A DNA stretch of 64,000 nt from an uncultured Nitrososphaerales archaeon (GCA_963709405.1 CAVPXM010000055.1:1-64000), one strand, 5' to 3'. Counted from the stretch's first letter, positions 31,238-42,728 are shown. The notes: generated from the sequence alone by a model not told the origin. Numbers and translations are program-made.

Positions 31238-33523
31238 ATGGATGCCGCAGTGGCTAGAAGAAGAATAATTGTGCAAGGAGAGAAGAGCAACAGACCGGAA
31301 AAAAAAGAACTGAACACCCAGTCTACGACTAGGAATAATACCAAGAGGAATCGAAATATCTTGGATAGCAACGATCGAGATGAGAACTCTGTCACTGAAC
31401 TGGACAATGGAAGTCCCAGGCCAACACCTGCTAATGCATCCACCACTTTTATGAGAGTGACTTCAGATAATGAAGTGGCGCTGTGGACGGTAATTTCGGA
31501 ATCCGTTCCTCCTGAATCAAAGATCACTGCTGCTAGGTTTGAGGGCCCGAGCATTGCGTTGTATACAAAGAATCCACGGTTTTCACTTACCGAACTGACT
31601 ATGCACTTATCATCATTATCTAAATCACTAAAAAAGAGAATCGTCGTTAGGACAGATCCATCTATTCGAATCAATGAGGATGAAACTAGAATTAGGATCT
31701 CTAAGCTGCTTCCCAGAGAGGTGGAACTGTCTGCAATATTTTGCGATGATGCAACAGGTGCAGTAATTCTGGAGCTAAATCGTCCTAAAATTGTGGATCC
31801 TGATATGGTTGTTACTATTGCCGAGTCCACAGGCTGGATTGCACATACAAGGCAGTCTCCCCATATTCCTTCTAATAGTATTAATTTGATACACTCAACG
31901 CTCAAAAATTCCGCGAGGGAGAGATCCACTTTCTTACAGCATCTTGGAACTAGAATTTTCAGGAAATCTCTCCCATTAAAAACATCAACGATTGTGAGAA
32001 ATCTTGATTATGGTGAGACTTCCTTGAATAATACTTATGGGCGCGGAGTAATTGAAAGGACCGAACTAAAAGCTTCTAATCAAGTGAACAATTTCCATTC
32101 GAGAGAACCGGTCAGCTCACCAATAACACCATCTATCGTTACCAGCAAACATGAAGTTATTTTGTATTGCTTGGGTGGAGTAAAACAGGTAGGCCGGTCG
32201 TGCTTTATTGTAGTAACACCAGAGAGCAAAGTGATGCTGGATTGTGGTATAAATCCAGGAGAGGCGTTAGCCTTGAACGCATATCCACGTCTTGATTGGT
32301 TTTCATTCAATCTAGCCGACCTTGACGCGGTAATAATTAGTCATGCACATATTGATCACCAAGGATTTTTGCCTGCATTATACAAGTATGGCTATAAAGG
32401 ACCAGTCTATTGTACTGAACCTACTTTGCCTCTTATGACTCTATTGCAGATGGATTCAATCAAGATCGCCAACAGCAATGGAGCTTATATTCCATATGAG
32501 TCAAGAGATGTTAACGAAGTAATTAAGAGATGCATAACATTGCCATACGGGAAGCCAACGGATATCTCTCCAGATATCACTGTTACATTAAATAATGCAG
32601 GTCATATAATGGGCAGTGCAACAGTACATCTAAACATCTCTGGTGTACACAACATTCTATATTCAGGAGATTATAAATATGCAAGGACGCAGCTCTTGGA
32701 CAATGCTCTTTCTATTTATCCTAGGGTAGAAACTCTGATCACAGAAAGTACCTATGGAAATTCAGCCGACGTAATGCCAGAGCAATCATTAGTATACAGC
32801 AGCTTCACAGAGAGTATCAATAATACCCTTAGAAATGGCGGGAAAGTGTTGATACCAGTTCCTGCTGTGGGCAGAGCTCAAGAAATAATGTTGGTCATAG
32901 ACAAAGAGATGAAAGAAGGACGTCTATTGGAATCTCCTATTTATATTGAGGGAATGATTTCAGAGGCGAGTGCAATACATATGTCGTATGCACATTACTT
33001 GGGTTATAATGTTCGCAAGTCTGTAACTGAAGGAGTTAACCCATTTCAATCTGAGTATTTTACAATAGTTAACGGTACCAGAAAAAGGGAGGAAATTTTC
33101 AATGATGAGAGTCCATCAATTATTATGGCAACCTCAGGGATGTTAGAGGGTGGACCATCAGTTGAATATTTTAAGGAGATTGGCCCAGATGAAAAGAACA
33201 AGATTATATTTGTCTCATATCAGATAAATGGCACCCTCGGAAGGAGAGTTATAGATGGAGTAATGAATGAGATAAGTATGATGGATAAGAATGGTAAGAT
33301 GAAAGTGATTCCAGTCAAGTGTCATACTCAAAAGATCGATGGTTTTAGTGGTCATAGTGATTTCAACCAAATTATGAGTTTTGTTTCGAGGATAAAACCG
33401 AAGAGGGTTTTGGTGAATCATGGAGAAAAATCAAAGTCTGAGAATATTGCTAGCACTATTTATCATAGATTGAAGATAAGATCTGGAGTCCCAGATATGA
33501 GGGAAATTATTCGACTCCGGTGA
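31238..33523 (+). CDS. fttA: aCPSF1/FttA KH-domain beta-CASP ribonuclease (transcription termination factor)
   Basis: KH region (FEGPSIALYTKNP, KKRIVVRTDPSIR), LGGVKQVGRS, SHAHIDH, NAGHIMGS, TESTYG, ATSGMLEGG, GFSGHSD, VNHGE. Confidence 0.92.
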   Translation: MDAAVARRRIIVQGEKSNRPEKKELNTQSTTRNNTKRNRNILDSNDRDENSVTELDNGSPRPTPANASTTFMRVTSDNEVALWTVISESVPPESKITAARFEGPSIALYTKNPRFSLTELTMHLSSLSKSLKKRIVVRTDPSIRINEDETRIRISKLLPREVELSAIFCDDATGAVILELNRPKIVDPDMVVTIAESTGWIAHTRQSPHIPSNSINLIHSTLKNSARERSTFLQHLGTRIFRKSLPLKTSTIVRNLDYGETSLNNTYGRGVIERTELKASNQVNNFHSREPVSSPITPSIVTSKHEVILYCLGGVKQVGRSCFIVVTPESKVMLDCGINPGEALALNAYPRLDWFSFNLADLDAVIISHAHIDHQGFLPALYKYGYKGPVYCTEPTLPLMTLLQMDSIKIANSNGAYIPYESRDVNEVIKRCITLPYGKPTDISPDITVTLNNAGHIMGSATVHLNISGVHNILYSGDYKYARTQLLDNALSIYPRVETLITESTYGNSADVMPEQSLVYSSFTESINNTLRNGGKVLIPVPAVGRAQEIMLVIDKEMKEGRLLESPIYIEGMISEASAIHMSYAHYLGYNVRKSVTEGVNPFQSEYFTIVNGTRKREEIFNDESPSIIMATSGMLEGGPSVEYFKEIGPDEKNKIIFVSYQINGTLGRRVIDGVMNEISMMDKNGKMKVIPVKCHTQKIDGFSGHSDFNQIMSFVSRIKPKRVLVNHGEKSKSENIASTIYHRLKIRSGVPDMREIIRLR

Positions 33524-34075
33524 CTGTGGTGCATATTTTTCCATATCCTTTTTAGCCATGTATACGTAATATAATTGCGGTAAGAGTTGGCAATAAGATA
33601 TAAGTGCGTAAATTGTAACATTGTTTTGAGTGGAGAAGGTGCTTCTAGACATTACCTTGCCAATCCTAACCACAAATTAGAAAAACTACCCCCACCTCTA
33701 AAACCAGTTAAGAATCCTGATGCCAGGTCCTGACAACTAAGATTTTTTAAGTGACTCGGCAAATAAGTAAATCGCTGCCGAACTAGGCAGCCGATAGTCT
33801 TATTTTGTATTCGATCAGAATTCTGTCGGATGGAATGTATTCTTTGGATCTTTAACCATGACGCAATACGTTTTTGCGTCTAATGAATAAGGCAGAGTGG
33901 AATTGGATCAGTTATCAAAATTTCATGTCTAGAAATTATAACGAACAATGAGCAGCGTTTATGTTCCAAATGCTACGGTATTGTCTCATCCCTCATTCAG
34001 GCGATGAATCGCATTTTTAGAGAGGGTTTTGGATTACGATGGATGTTTGAAATTTGATGCACCTACAATACTCTA

Positions 34076-34875
34076 TTATCTAAAATATTCTGAAGATATG
34101 CTGTCAAAGAGTAGCTTACCCGAAACTACGATTAGCGAAATCGAAAGCAACCTGACGAGAAGAGTGTCGCTCACATATCTTGACAAATTCGCACCTATTT
34201 GCGCTCCAATAACTGACCCTATTGAGAGAAAAATTGCAGGTAGATATTCTGGATGGCCCAAAGAGATGTGGACAACATTTCCAACTATGGATGTTATTAG
34301 CAGCGAAAACTGCGACGTCGCAGCCACTGTACTCATTGTTAAATTCAAAACTACAAGCATTAATGGCACAAAAATTATCCCTCCCCCGATTCCAAACAAA
34401 CTAGAGACTAATCCAGTCTGCTAGACAACCAGCGCTCAATATGAGGTTTCCAGTTCTCTTGTTGTAGGTACTAGGATATCCTTTGATATCTCCTTTCCTT
34501 CCTATATTATTTCTTACCCAAAGATATATACCAGTTAGAAACAAAATAATAGCAAAATACATCTTGAATTGCCCTAATGGCAGAATTGAAGATAACATGG
34601 CACCTATTGCGAGCGCCAGGTATGGCAAATGATGCCATTCGTATCCCTAGACGGTACTTTATTTTCCCTTGTCTTGAATAAGCAATAGTAGAAGAAAGAG
34701 ACGTGGACGACACTGATATCAAACTAGTACTGGAAATTTGGGCGGGATTAAGACCCATGAACGTCAATACAGGCGAGATGATGATGCCACCGCCAACCCC
34801 CACCATCGCTCCCACTATTCCTGCAGCTGTTCCTATAACGATCATTACAATAATTTGTTCAATCAAATAATCCAC
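34076..34875 (-). CDS. TauE/SafE-family exporter, two frameshifts (~34412, ~34612)
   Basis: Two repeats: AGIVGAMVGVGGGIIISPVL and GLVSSLFGIGGGIIFVPLM, plus GSVIGAQIGA. Confidence 0.85.
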
Positions 34876-35148
34876 ATCTCAATACAACGAAACCTGATTG
34901 TATCCTACTTTTGTGGAGATTGGAAGTGAAATGTTAGGGAAGACAAATTTAAATCCATTGCTAATCAACTTGGCTTCCAGTATAAAAGGCTAATCCTTCT
35001 GACAAGAACCGCGTAGATCTCATCTGGATTAAAAATCATACCAACTATATTCGGGAATGACGACGCTCAGTATTTCATAAAAGACTCGACGTCAACCATA
35101 TGTGTACTTGTAAACATATTAAAGCCAGCTCGGTATTGAAAATTTAAC

Positions 35149-36169
35149 TTGCGACTTATTTTGGCTGGATTTGGTGTTGTTGGACAAAGCCTTGCAAAGA
35201 TTCTGTTGTCACGGGCAAGCGATTTGTATACTCTATATGGAATCAATCCTAAGATTGTTGCTTGTTTGGATAAAGAGGGGTCGGCGGTTTCTCAAACTGG
35301 ACTGGACCTTCATCGGTTACTAGGGGCAAAGATGTCAAAAGGCACAGTAGCTGCTTATGACAATAATCCATCTAAAGCATCTTTGACAAGCATTATGGAG
35401 AGCGTTGAAGCAGAAATTCTTATTGAAATGACCCCTACAAATTTGGATGACGCTGAACCTGGCCTCACGAACATTATTTCTGGAATGCGGGCTGGCAAAC
35501 ACATAATTACCGTTAACAAAGGACCACTTGCGTTAGCTTTCCCTTCTTTAATAGAATTAGCACATTATAACAATATTATGTTTCGTTTCAGTGGAACTGT
35601 AGGAGGAGGGACGCCGATATTAGAGTTCGCCAAGAGATGCTTGAATGGTGACCGAATTATTTCCTTCAAAGGAATCTTGAATGGTACTACCAATTACATA
35701 TTAAGTAAGATGGATGAAGGCCTCAACTTTGATGATGCCCTCAACGACGCAAAGATAAAAGGCTATGCGGAGGCGTCGCCTATGCTTGATCTTGAAGGTT
35801 ATGATGCAGCTTCTAAACTTGTTATCATGGCCAACTGGATAATGGGATTGAAAGTAACTATTAGAGACGTTAAGAGAGAGGGTATCACTCATATCGGGCT
35901 ACCAGAAATCACTAGAGCTGCCAGTAGAAAACAATTCGATAAAACTAATTGCATATTGTGACAACAAACGTCTGGAAGTGAAGCCTACAATGATACAAAA
36001 AAATGATCCTATATGCGTGAACGGCACTCTAAATGCAGTAACATTCTGTTCAGAATACTCAGGAGACAAAACGATCATTGGGCGAGGGGCAGGCGGCATG
36101 GAGACCGCTAGTTCGATCATTAGAGATCTGATTGAAATAAGAGAATCGATAATTGAGAACAATCTTTGA
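35149..36169 (+). CDS. hom: Homoserine dehydrogenase, extra A near 35930
   Basis: LAGFGVVG, ITVNKGPLA, TVGGGTP, GILNGTTNYIL, GYAE, then GTLNAV and GRGAGGMETASSIIRDL in the next frame. Confidence 0.93.
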
Positions 36170-36323
36170 GTACACTTTCTTAGTCTTTTGAATACTATCT
36201 TTTTTGACTTCTAAGATATTACTGGAATAATTTGTGAAATAAATTTTGAATAGAAAGTATAAATTTGTTTACTGATCTTATTCGTGAAAAGGATTAATAG
36301 CCTGGCCAGCCAATTTGAGCTAA

Positions 36324-36974
36324 GTGTATAGCGGGGAATTGGAAGTCCATGCCAATCGAAAGGCTCTGGCTGTATTGCATGATGTAATAAGCAGGATTCT
36401 AAATTCTGCCAGAGATTTGTCTGCTCTGATAGACTCTCTAATAAAGGGAGATGTAAAAGACATCAAGATATGTCTCAACAAGATGAAAAATTCAGAAGAG
36501 GTTGTAGAAAATTTGAGAATAATATTGACCCGCGAAGTGGCTGAAATCGGTAGTCTCACCGTTTACAGGGAGGGAGTTTTGAGAACCACTTACATAATGG
36601 ATGAAATTGGCGCCTATATCAGGTCGATTTCGGTTAGACTTCTCGATATCAATATTTCTGTCTTAAGAAGGGCAGATTTTGACCTAGATCTTAAAGATCA
36701 AATTAGTATGACCGTGGAAATGATTTTCAAAATATGTGGGATGGGACGCGCTGTTAGTAGACCCTTAAGTATTATGGAGCTTGCTGAGCAAGTACAAAAG
36801 GTAGAAGGGCGAGTCGATACTCATTATCGTACTGTAACATTAAAGGCTGTAGACGAAATCGGAATCGGTAAAGACCTTTTACTCCTAAAGGACTCTATGG
36901 ACTGTATAGAAGCCATGTCAAATAAATGCCACGAAGGTTCAGACTCGTTGACTATTTTGGCTCTCAGTATGTAG
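36324..36974 (+). CDS. DUF47/PhoU-like helical-bundle protein
   Basis: MYSGELEVHANRKALAVL...EEVVENLR...REGVLRT...VQKVEGRVD...LLLKDSMDCIE pattern. Confidence 0.7.
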   Translation: MYSGELEVHANRKALAVLHDVISRILNSARDLSALIDSLIKGDVKDIKICLNKMKNSEEVVENLRIILTREVAEIGSLTVYREGVLRTTYIMDEIGAYIRSISVRLLDINISVLRRADFDLDLKDQISMTVEMIFKICGMGRAVSRPLSIMELAEQVQKVEGRVDTHYRTVTLKAVDEIGIGKDLLLLKDSMDCIEAMSNKCHEGSDSLTILALSM

Positions 36975-36976
36975 TA

Positions 36977-37534
36977 ATGCTCACATTGCATACAGAAGGA
37001 TACCTCGTCGAAAATAGGATAATAGTTTGGGACATTGATTCCTCTAGAAGATTGTACTCAAGGGGATTCTTTGGCAAGCCGATGGGCATTTCAAAGCCTC
37101 GAGGGATAGAATTTGAAAGCCCTCTCATTTTGGATTTGATAGAGAGTTGTTATCTCATGCAACATAATCAGTTGCATGTTAGGACGCGATCGCACCAGAA
37201 GGTATCAACCAGAAAAATAAAGGCTATGTGTAGAAAAGTATATTCTGATTTTGATAGAAAATACCTAGTCTTTCAGGATCTTCGAGATAAAGGGTATATC
37301 GTATCTCCCGGAATTAAATTTGGTTGTGATTTCGCGGTTTATGAGCGAGGGCCAGGTATTGATCATGCACCGTACCTGATTGAGGTATACAAAAGAAAAG
37401 AACTTGTCACGGCAACAGGAATAGTTCTTGCAGGCAGATTGGCCACGACAGTGAAAAAGCAATTCATACTGGCAATTCCGAACATGAATAAAAAAAATGT
37501 CGTTTATGTGGGATTTGAATGGTGGCGAGCATGA
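36977..37534 (+). CDS. endA: tRNA-splicing endonuclease, catalytic alpha subunit
   Basis: LVFQDLRDKGY, PGIKFGCDFAVY(Tyr)ERGPGIDH(His)APY, GRLATTVK-K(Lys); N-terminal loop GFFGKPMGISKPRGIEFESPL. Confidence 0.95.
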   Translation: MLTLHTEGYLVENRIIVWDIDSSRRLYSRGFFGKPMGISKPRGIEFESPLILDLIESCYLMQHNQLHVRTRSHQKVSTRKIKAMCRKVYSDFDRKYLVFQDLRDKGYIVSPGIKFGCDFAVYERGPGIDHAPYLIEVYKRKELVTATGIVLAGRLATTVKKQFILAIPNMNKKNVVYVGFEWWRA

Positions 37535-38218
37535 ATTTTCCTTATGCCGTAGCATTCTTTGTTAAGGTGTTCAAATGAATAATTATTATTTTTTGGATAA
37601 ATCAATCTTTCCGTCGTTTTCACCAAAGGTTGTTAACTTTGTATACGTCCCTCTGATCCTTTTTCAAATTTACTTACCGATTTTAAGATCGAATCGTAAG
37701 GGCGGCAATGCGACTGATTGTTTTTTTGCGGATTTTCTTGCAGGAGAATTTTTGTAGGTGCTTCTAGATATGTCGTACCATTGATTTATGCCGGTGCACA
37801 ATCTATATCTCACCGAATTAAGGACTAACATTAAGCCAAAGTAACAATTATTGATGTTATCATCATCAATCTTGTACTTGAAAATCTCTCGAAAGCGTGG
37901 CAGGTATTTATCGACAAATCGCTGTCCCCACTATTGCCAGTACAGTTCCACTGAAATCGATTATGACCCTGCCTCATTGTTCAATACCTTTATGTCTGGA
38001 AGGATTTTAAGTAGGCCGTCGGTACAATACCGTAACTTCTTATCATCTATACGATAAAAATCTGTATTACATGTCTCACTGTTCGCCGTTTTATTGTCCT
38101 TCTTTTAACTACTCCTCAAGACGGCTAATCCATACTGCATCCAAAGGTTAGCCTCGATCTGCTGTGAAAAGATCAGTGGATACGCTAACTTTATTTACTT
38201 CGTATTGAAGCCTAGGAT

Positions 38219-40018
38219 ATGGATTTACAGTCAGTATCATCATTAAAATTCGCAGGTAAGAATGTTCTAATCACGGGTAGCGGGACGGGCATTGGGCAGA
38301 CGATAGCATGCAAATTTGCCGAAGAGGGCGCAACTATCGTTATAATGGGCAGAAGAAGGGAACCGTTAGACTATACTACTAGTATTTTAGAAAAGTTAAT
38401 CAAATCATCCTCCTCAGGAGCTAAAGTACTTTCATTTCCAGGCATAGATGTGTCTGATGAAATTGGCATAAAGGGCATGTTCGAAGTAATCAAGAAACAG
38501 CTGGGTAAAATTGACATCGTGATCAACAACGCTGGTGTGTCTGGGCCGGTTAAAATCTTCCCCAGCTCAACGTTCAATGAATTCCGTGATTGTGTGTCGA
38601 TTCATTTGTCAGGAAGTTTTTGGACCTGTCAACATGCTATCCCAATTATGGAGAAGGGTGGAAAGATAATTACAATATCAACTTACTTTACGGAAGAAAA
38701 CCGCTTTGAACAAAGGCCATACAGGTTCCGAACCCCTTATACAGCCGCACAAGGAGCCAAGAATAGACTTGGTGAGGCCCTAGGATGGGAATTAACTGAT
38801 AGGGGAATCACTTCGATCGTTACGAACCCTGGCCCGGTACACTCTGATAGGATTTACAAAACAGTATACCCAAAGGCTGCAATGGAGTTCTTGAGAATCA
38901 GCGGCTATCCTGGCTTAACACCCTTAGAAATTGGCTCTCATTCGGAGAAGTTTTTTTCGCTTATGGGCGAGCCTCAAGATGTAATCGCTTCTGGTCTAAA
39001 GGAACTAAGTTTGGAGATCTTGGGAACCAGAAATGATCGGTGCGCAAGTTTGGAATCGCTAAAAGTAACTTTATTAGGTTTAATAAACAAGACTCAAGAG
39101 ATAGCTGAAAAGATTCAGAGTAATACTAGAAAGATGATTTCTGACGGAGAATTCCTTACTCAGGATCAAGTGGCAGAGATGGTATTGTTTCTTGCTGATG
39201 ACAAGATGAGCAAGCTATTGAATAGCCGAGTCATACCAAATGATCGTGTATTCTATCCTGTGAAACCTATAGTAGGATCGTCGGTCCGTCGTAGCAACGA
39301 TCAATTAACCTTAAAGGATAAAGTTATAGTTATTACTACAAATTCTCAACGAGAAAAGGAAATTTTACGTGTACGTGGACTAGCAACCACATTGCTTGGA
39401 TACGGTGTGAAACAGGTTGTCATCCTTTCCTCAGCGAACCACGCAGAATTAAAGGAGTTTCATACGCACTCAATTGATTATTTAAATGATAGGACTATTC
39501 AAAGGCTACTAGATTTGGTGAAAACGAGATTTGGCCAGATAGATGCCTTAGTTCATTTTACTGGAGACTTTGATTACAATTGTCCCCTATTATCTTTTCA
39601 AAGACATGAGTGGCAGTCTCTGGTTGACAATTATATAAACATACCCTACTTGATGATAAAAGGAGCGGTAAGTTCGATGTCAGCTAGCGGTGCAGCGGAA
39701 GTCCCGTCGAAATTTAGATCCTCGAGCGGAACTATCGTAATTGTAGGTCCAGATGCGCCCACTGGCAGGGTTTCAGGGCTCGTAAGGGCTAGATCTGAGG
39801 TATTTCGGGGTGCGCTTAGGCCTCTTGTTACTACGATTAATCAGGAGCTTTCTGATGTCCTAAACTCTTCTATAAGATCCTTTCTGATCCTGGCAGGCAG
39901 CATCGATGGACGGGAGCCGGATGAGCCGAATCTGAAACAATCAATAGTGAGCTTGATTACAGGTCCGGCAGAATATAGTGAACGAATTTTCTATATAGAT
40001 GAAGCGAAATCCAAGTAA
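38219..40018 (+). CDS. Two-domain SDR oxidoreductase resembling the C-terminal half of bifunctional malonyl-CoA reductase
   Basis: TGSGTGIG, NNAGVSG, STYF...RPYRFRTPYTAAQGAK, NPGPVHSDRI, a helical insertion, then a degenerate second Rossmann domain. Confidence 0.8.
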   Translation: MDLQSVSSLKFAGKNVLITGSGTGIGQTIACKFAEEGATIVIMGRRREPLDYTTSILEKLIKSSSSGAKVLSFPGIDVSDEIGIKGMFEVIKKQLGKIDIVINNAGVSGPVKIFPSSTFNEFRDCVSIHLSGSFWTCQHAIPIMEKGGKIITISTYFTEENRFEQRPYRFRTPYTAAQGAKNRLGEALGWELTDRGITSIVTNPGPVHSDRIYKTVYPKAAMEFLRISGYPGLTPLEIGSHSEKFFSLMGEPQDVIASGLKELSLEILGTRNDRCASLESLKVTLLGLINKTQEIAEKIQSNTRKMISDGEFLTQDQVAEMVLFLADDKMSKLLNSRVIPNDRVFYPVKPIVGSSVRRSNDQLTLKDKVIVITTNSQREKEILRVRGLATTLLGYGVKQVVILSSANHAELKEFHTHSIDYLNDRTIQRLLDLVKTRFGQIDALVHFTGDFDYNCPLLSFQRHEWQSLVDNYINIPYLMIKGAVSSMSASGAAEVPSKFRSSSGTIVIVGPDAPTGRVSGLVRARSEVFRGALRPLVTTINQELSDVLNSSIRSFLILAGSIDGREPDEPNLKQSIVSLITGPAEYSERIFYIDEAKSK

Positions 40019-40056
40019 ATAAAAATTTTCGAAAAGCGATGATAGTAAGATCCCAT

Positions 40057-40374
<318 letters not shown>

Positions 40375-40445
40375 TGTTAAATTACGTCAAAACATCACCA
40401 TATATAAACCGTAACAGGCTTAATCGTGTTGAAAAGGCAAAGACG

Positions 40446-41282
40446 TTACGTACCTATTCTAAAATTCTTAGATGCAGATGAGCGCACCGATTCAATTGCA
40501 GAAAGAATTGCCAGGAAGCTTGTTTTTGGATTTCCAGGTGCTTGATTATTCCGTAGTTTAATATTTAACATGCCGAAGCTCCCTTTGGCTATAATCTGAT
40601 GCTGGTTTTGATGAAGCATAGGGTCTGCGATTATCCTAACCATAGTCCTATTCATTCCGATTCCTGCTAAAGCTAAGAGTGATGAAACATTTACATTTAA
40701 AGGAAAATTGACAATTGCATCAGCAGCTGATCCTTGAAAAAGCACAGTTTTCTGAGTTATGGATTCTAGTTTGATCCCACTCTTCTCGAAAAAGGGAGCT
40801 CCCTCCAATGCTTTTGGATTTTTCGTCGTTATGAGAAGGACAGAATCAAGAACATTCCTGATGCTTCGTATGGCATCTATGCCTGCTATCGCCCCTGTCG
40901 GCAGTGACAGGTTCGCATGGTTTTTCTCCAAAGATGTCAAGAGTTCAGACAATAACCGATCATCAACCAATGCACCAACACTCATTATTATTAGATCTTT
41001 TCCCAAATCGAGTAGTCTCCTCCCGAACAATCGGACAGCAGATTGGGAAGCGCTCTCCAGAACGATATTACATGTCTTGAATTCACTAGACGAAATCAAA
41101 TTGGAAAAATCTGAAAAGCATCCAATGCTAGAATTCCTTAATTTGCTTGCGAGACCTTCAGCTGCAGCCTTATTCATGTCAAACAAGAATACAAGTGCGG
41201 TATCCCCTACCTTAGCATCATCTATCGCTAACGCAACCTGAGTTCCTATGGCCCCACAACCTAGTATCCCCACCTTTTTCAA
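40446..41282 (-). CDS. nadX: L-aspartate dehydrogenase
   Basis: GILGCGAIG, ESASQSAV, MSVGAL, PTGAIAGID, FPLNVNV, NPKTSFLA; close to nadA and nadC. Confidence 0.93.
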   Translation of the reverse strand: MKKVGILGCGAIGTQVALAIDDAKVGDTALVFLFDMNKAAAEGLASKLRNSSIGCFSDFSNLISSSEFKTCNIVLESASQSAVRLFGRRLLDLGKDLIIMSVGALVDDRLLSELLTSLEKNHANLSLPTGAIAGIDAIRSIRNVLDSVLLITTKNPKALEGAPFFEKSGIKLESITQKTVLFQGSAADAIVNFPLNVNVSSLLALAGIGMNRTMVRIIADPMLHQNQHQIIAKGSFGMLNIKLRNNQAPGNPKTSFLAILSAIESVRSSASKNFRIGT

Positions 41283-41404
41283 TACTCAATTAATTAAGTA
41301 ACATAGGAGTACATATAACTGTAGCCGGATGAATACTTAATTAAATTGTCACCATAGTGACTCTAGTGTTTAATCGTAATTCGTTCCTACCAAAAATAGT
41401 AGTG

Positions 41405-41602
41405 CTATCTTCTTCCACCTCTTCCACCTCTTCCACCCCTTTCTGGCTTTCTTTGTCCTGGCAATCTTCTCTTTTCGAAACGCTTTTCGAAGTTGTTCTT
41501 GTTACGTAGCCTAGAAACAGGGTGTAATCGTACTTTGCCTTGAATCTTGGGTGTCTGACCTCTAACTTTTCCTGCTTTCGTTAGCGAGCCATGAGTTGGC
41601 AT
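41405..41602 (-). CDS. rps30e: 30S ribosomal protein S30e
   Basis: [19 protein letters not shown] with an RGG tail. Confidence 0.95.
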   Translation of the reverse strand: MPTHGSLTKAGKVRGQTPKIQGKVRLHPVSRLRNKNNFEKRFEKRRLPGQRKPERGGRGGRGGRR

Positions 41603-41777
41603 GTAATTATCTAGCTATAAATGATTATTCTACGCCTAATATACGTTCCCCTCTATGTCAAACGGCGATAGAGAAAAAGGGGCAATCATTGCCAAATGTA
41701 GCGATAAAACAGGCAATGTAATGCCAGATTATATTAATTTAAATGCTGTTTTATATATAAATACGGTCACCAGAAAC

Positions 41778-42728
41778 ATGTCTGTCCTTGTTAATGAATA
41801 TAAACTTAGAATTGAAGAACTAAAAAAGCAAAGAGGCGCAACCATTTTAGCTCATAATTATCAGCTACCTGATATTCAAGATATTGCTGACTTCGTTGGA
41901 GATTCTTTGGGCCTTTCTAACAAAGCTGCTAAGACAGATAAAGAAACGATAGTGTTTTGCGGAGTACATTTTATGGCAGAAACGGCATCAATTATTTGTC
42001 CCGATAAACAGGTCTTAATTCCTGATCTTGAAGCAGGATGCTCATTAGCCTCTACTATTGATATCGGTCAACTGCAATCATGGAAATCTGAACATAAGGA
42101 TGCAGTGGTGGTAAGCTACGTCAACACTAGCGCGGACATTAAAGCCATGTCCGATTATTGTTGTACGTCTAGCAATGCGGTGAAGGTAGTGAATAGTATA
42201 CCGAAGGATCGGGAAGTTCTTTTTCTTCCAGACATGTTTCTAGGAGCATACGTAGCAGACGTGACTAAGCGTAAGAATATGTTTATCTGGCCAGGAGAGT
42301 GCCATGTGCACGCGGGAATTAGAGCCGAGGACGTTAACAAGATGTTAGCGAAGTTCAAAGATGCGGAGTTCCTTATCCATCCAGAATGTGGTTGCACATC
42401 TTCAGCTTTATATCATAGTTCGAATGGCGATATATCAAAGAATCCACTCGTTCTTTCCACAGAAGGAATGATGAAACATGCCAGCATGTCAACGGCCACA
42501 AATTATGTCATTGCGACAGAAGTAGGCATCTTGTACAGAATGGCCAAAGAAAATCCAACCAAGACATTTATTCCTATTAAGGAGGATGCAGTATGCAAAT
42601 ACATGAAAATGATAACCCTTGAGAAGGTTCATGATTCCCTCACAAGGAACGTTTATCGTGTGAAGGTGCCGCAAAAAATTGCTGACAAGGCAAGATTAGC
42701 GATCGATCGAATGATGCAACTTAGTTGA
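41778..42728 (+). CDS. nadA: Quinolinate synthase
   Basis: ILAHNYQ, FCGVHFMAE, AGCSLA, YVNTS, CHVH, HPEC, CKYMK. Confidence 0.96.
   Translation: MSVLVNEYKLRIEELKKQRGATILAHNYQLPDIQDIADFVGDSLGLSNKAAKTDKETIVFCGVHFMAETASIICPDKQVLIPDLEAGCSLASTIDIGQLQSWKSEHKDAVVVSYVNTSADIKAMSDYCCTSSNAVKVVNSIPKDREVLFLPDMFLGAYVADVTKRKNMFIWPGECHVHAGIRAEDVNKMLAKFKDAEFLIHPECGCTSSALYHSSNGDISKNPLVLSTEGMMKHASMSTATNYVIATEVGILYRMAKENPTKTFIPIKEDAVCKYMKMITLEKVHDSLTRNVYRVKVPQKIADKARLAIDRMMQLS

Noticed and set aside
31234-31929. 231-aa minus-strand ORF
   Set aside because: Antisense shadow of the aCPSF1 5' region.
34400-35945. Frame breaks in the TauE gene and hom (also mntH, rpoE', trpE) as introns
   Set aside because: Each is fixed by a one-base change with no inserted segment; consistent with read errors.
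37540-38200. Possible decayed gene on the minus strand
   Set aside because: An open stretch exists but has no clear start or recognisable motif.
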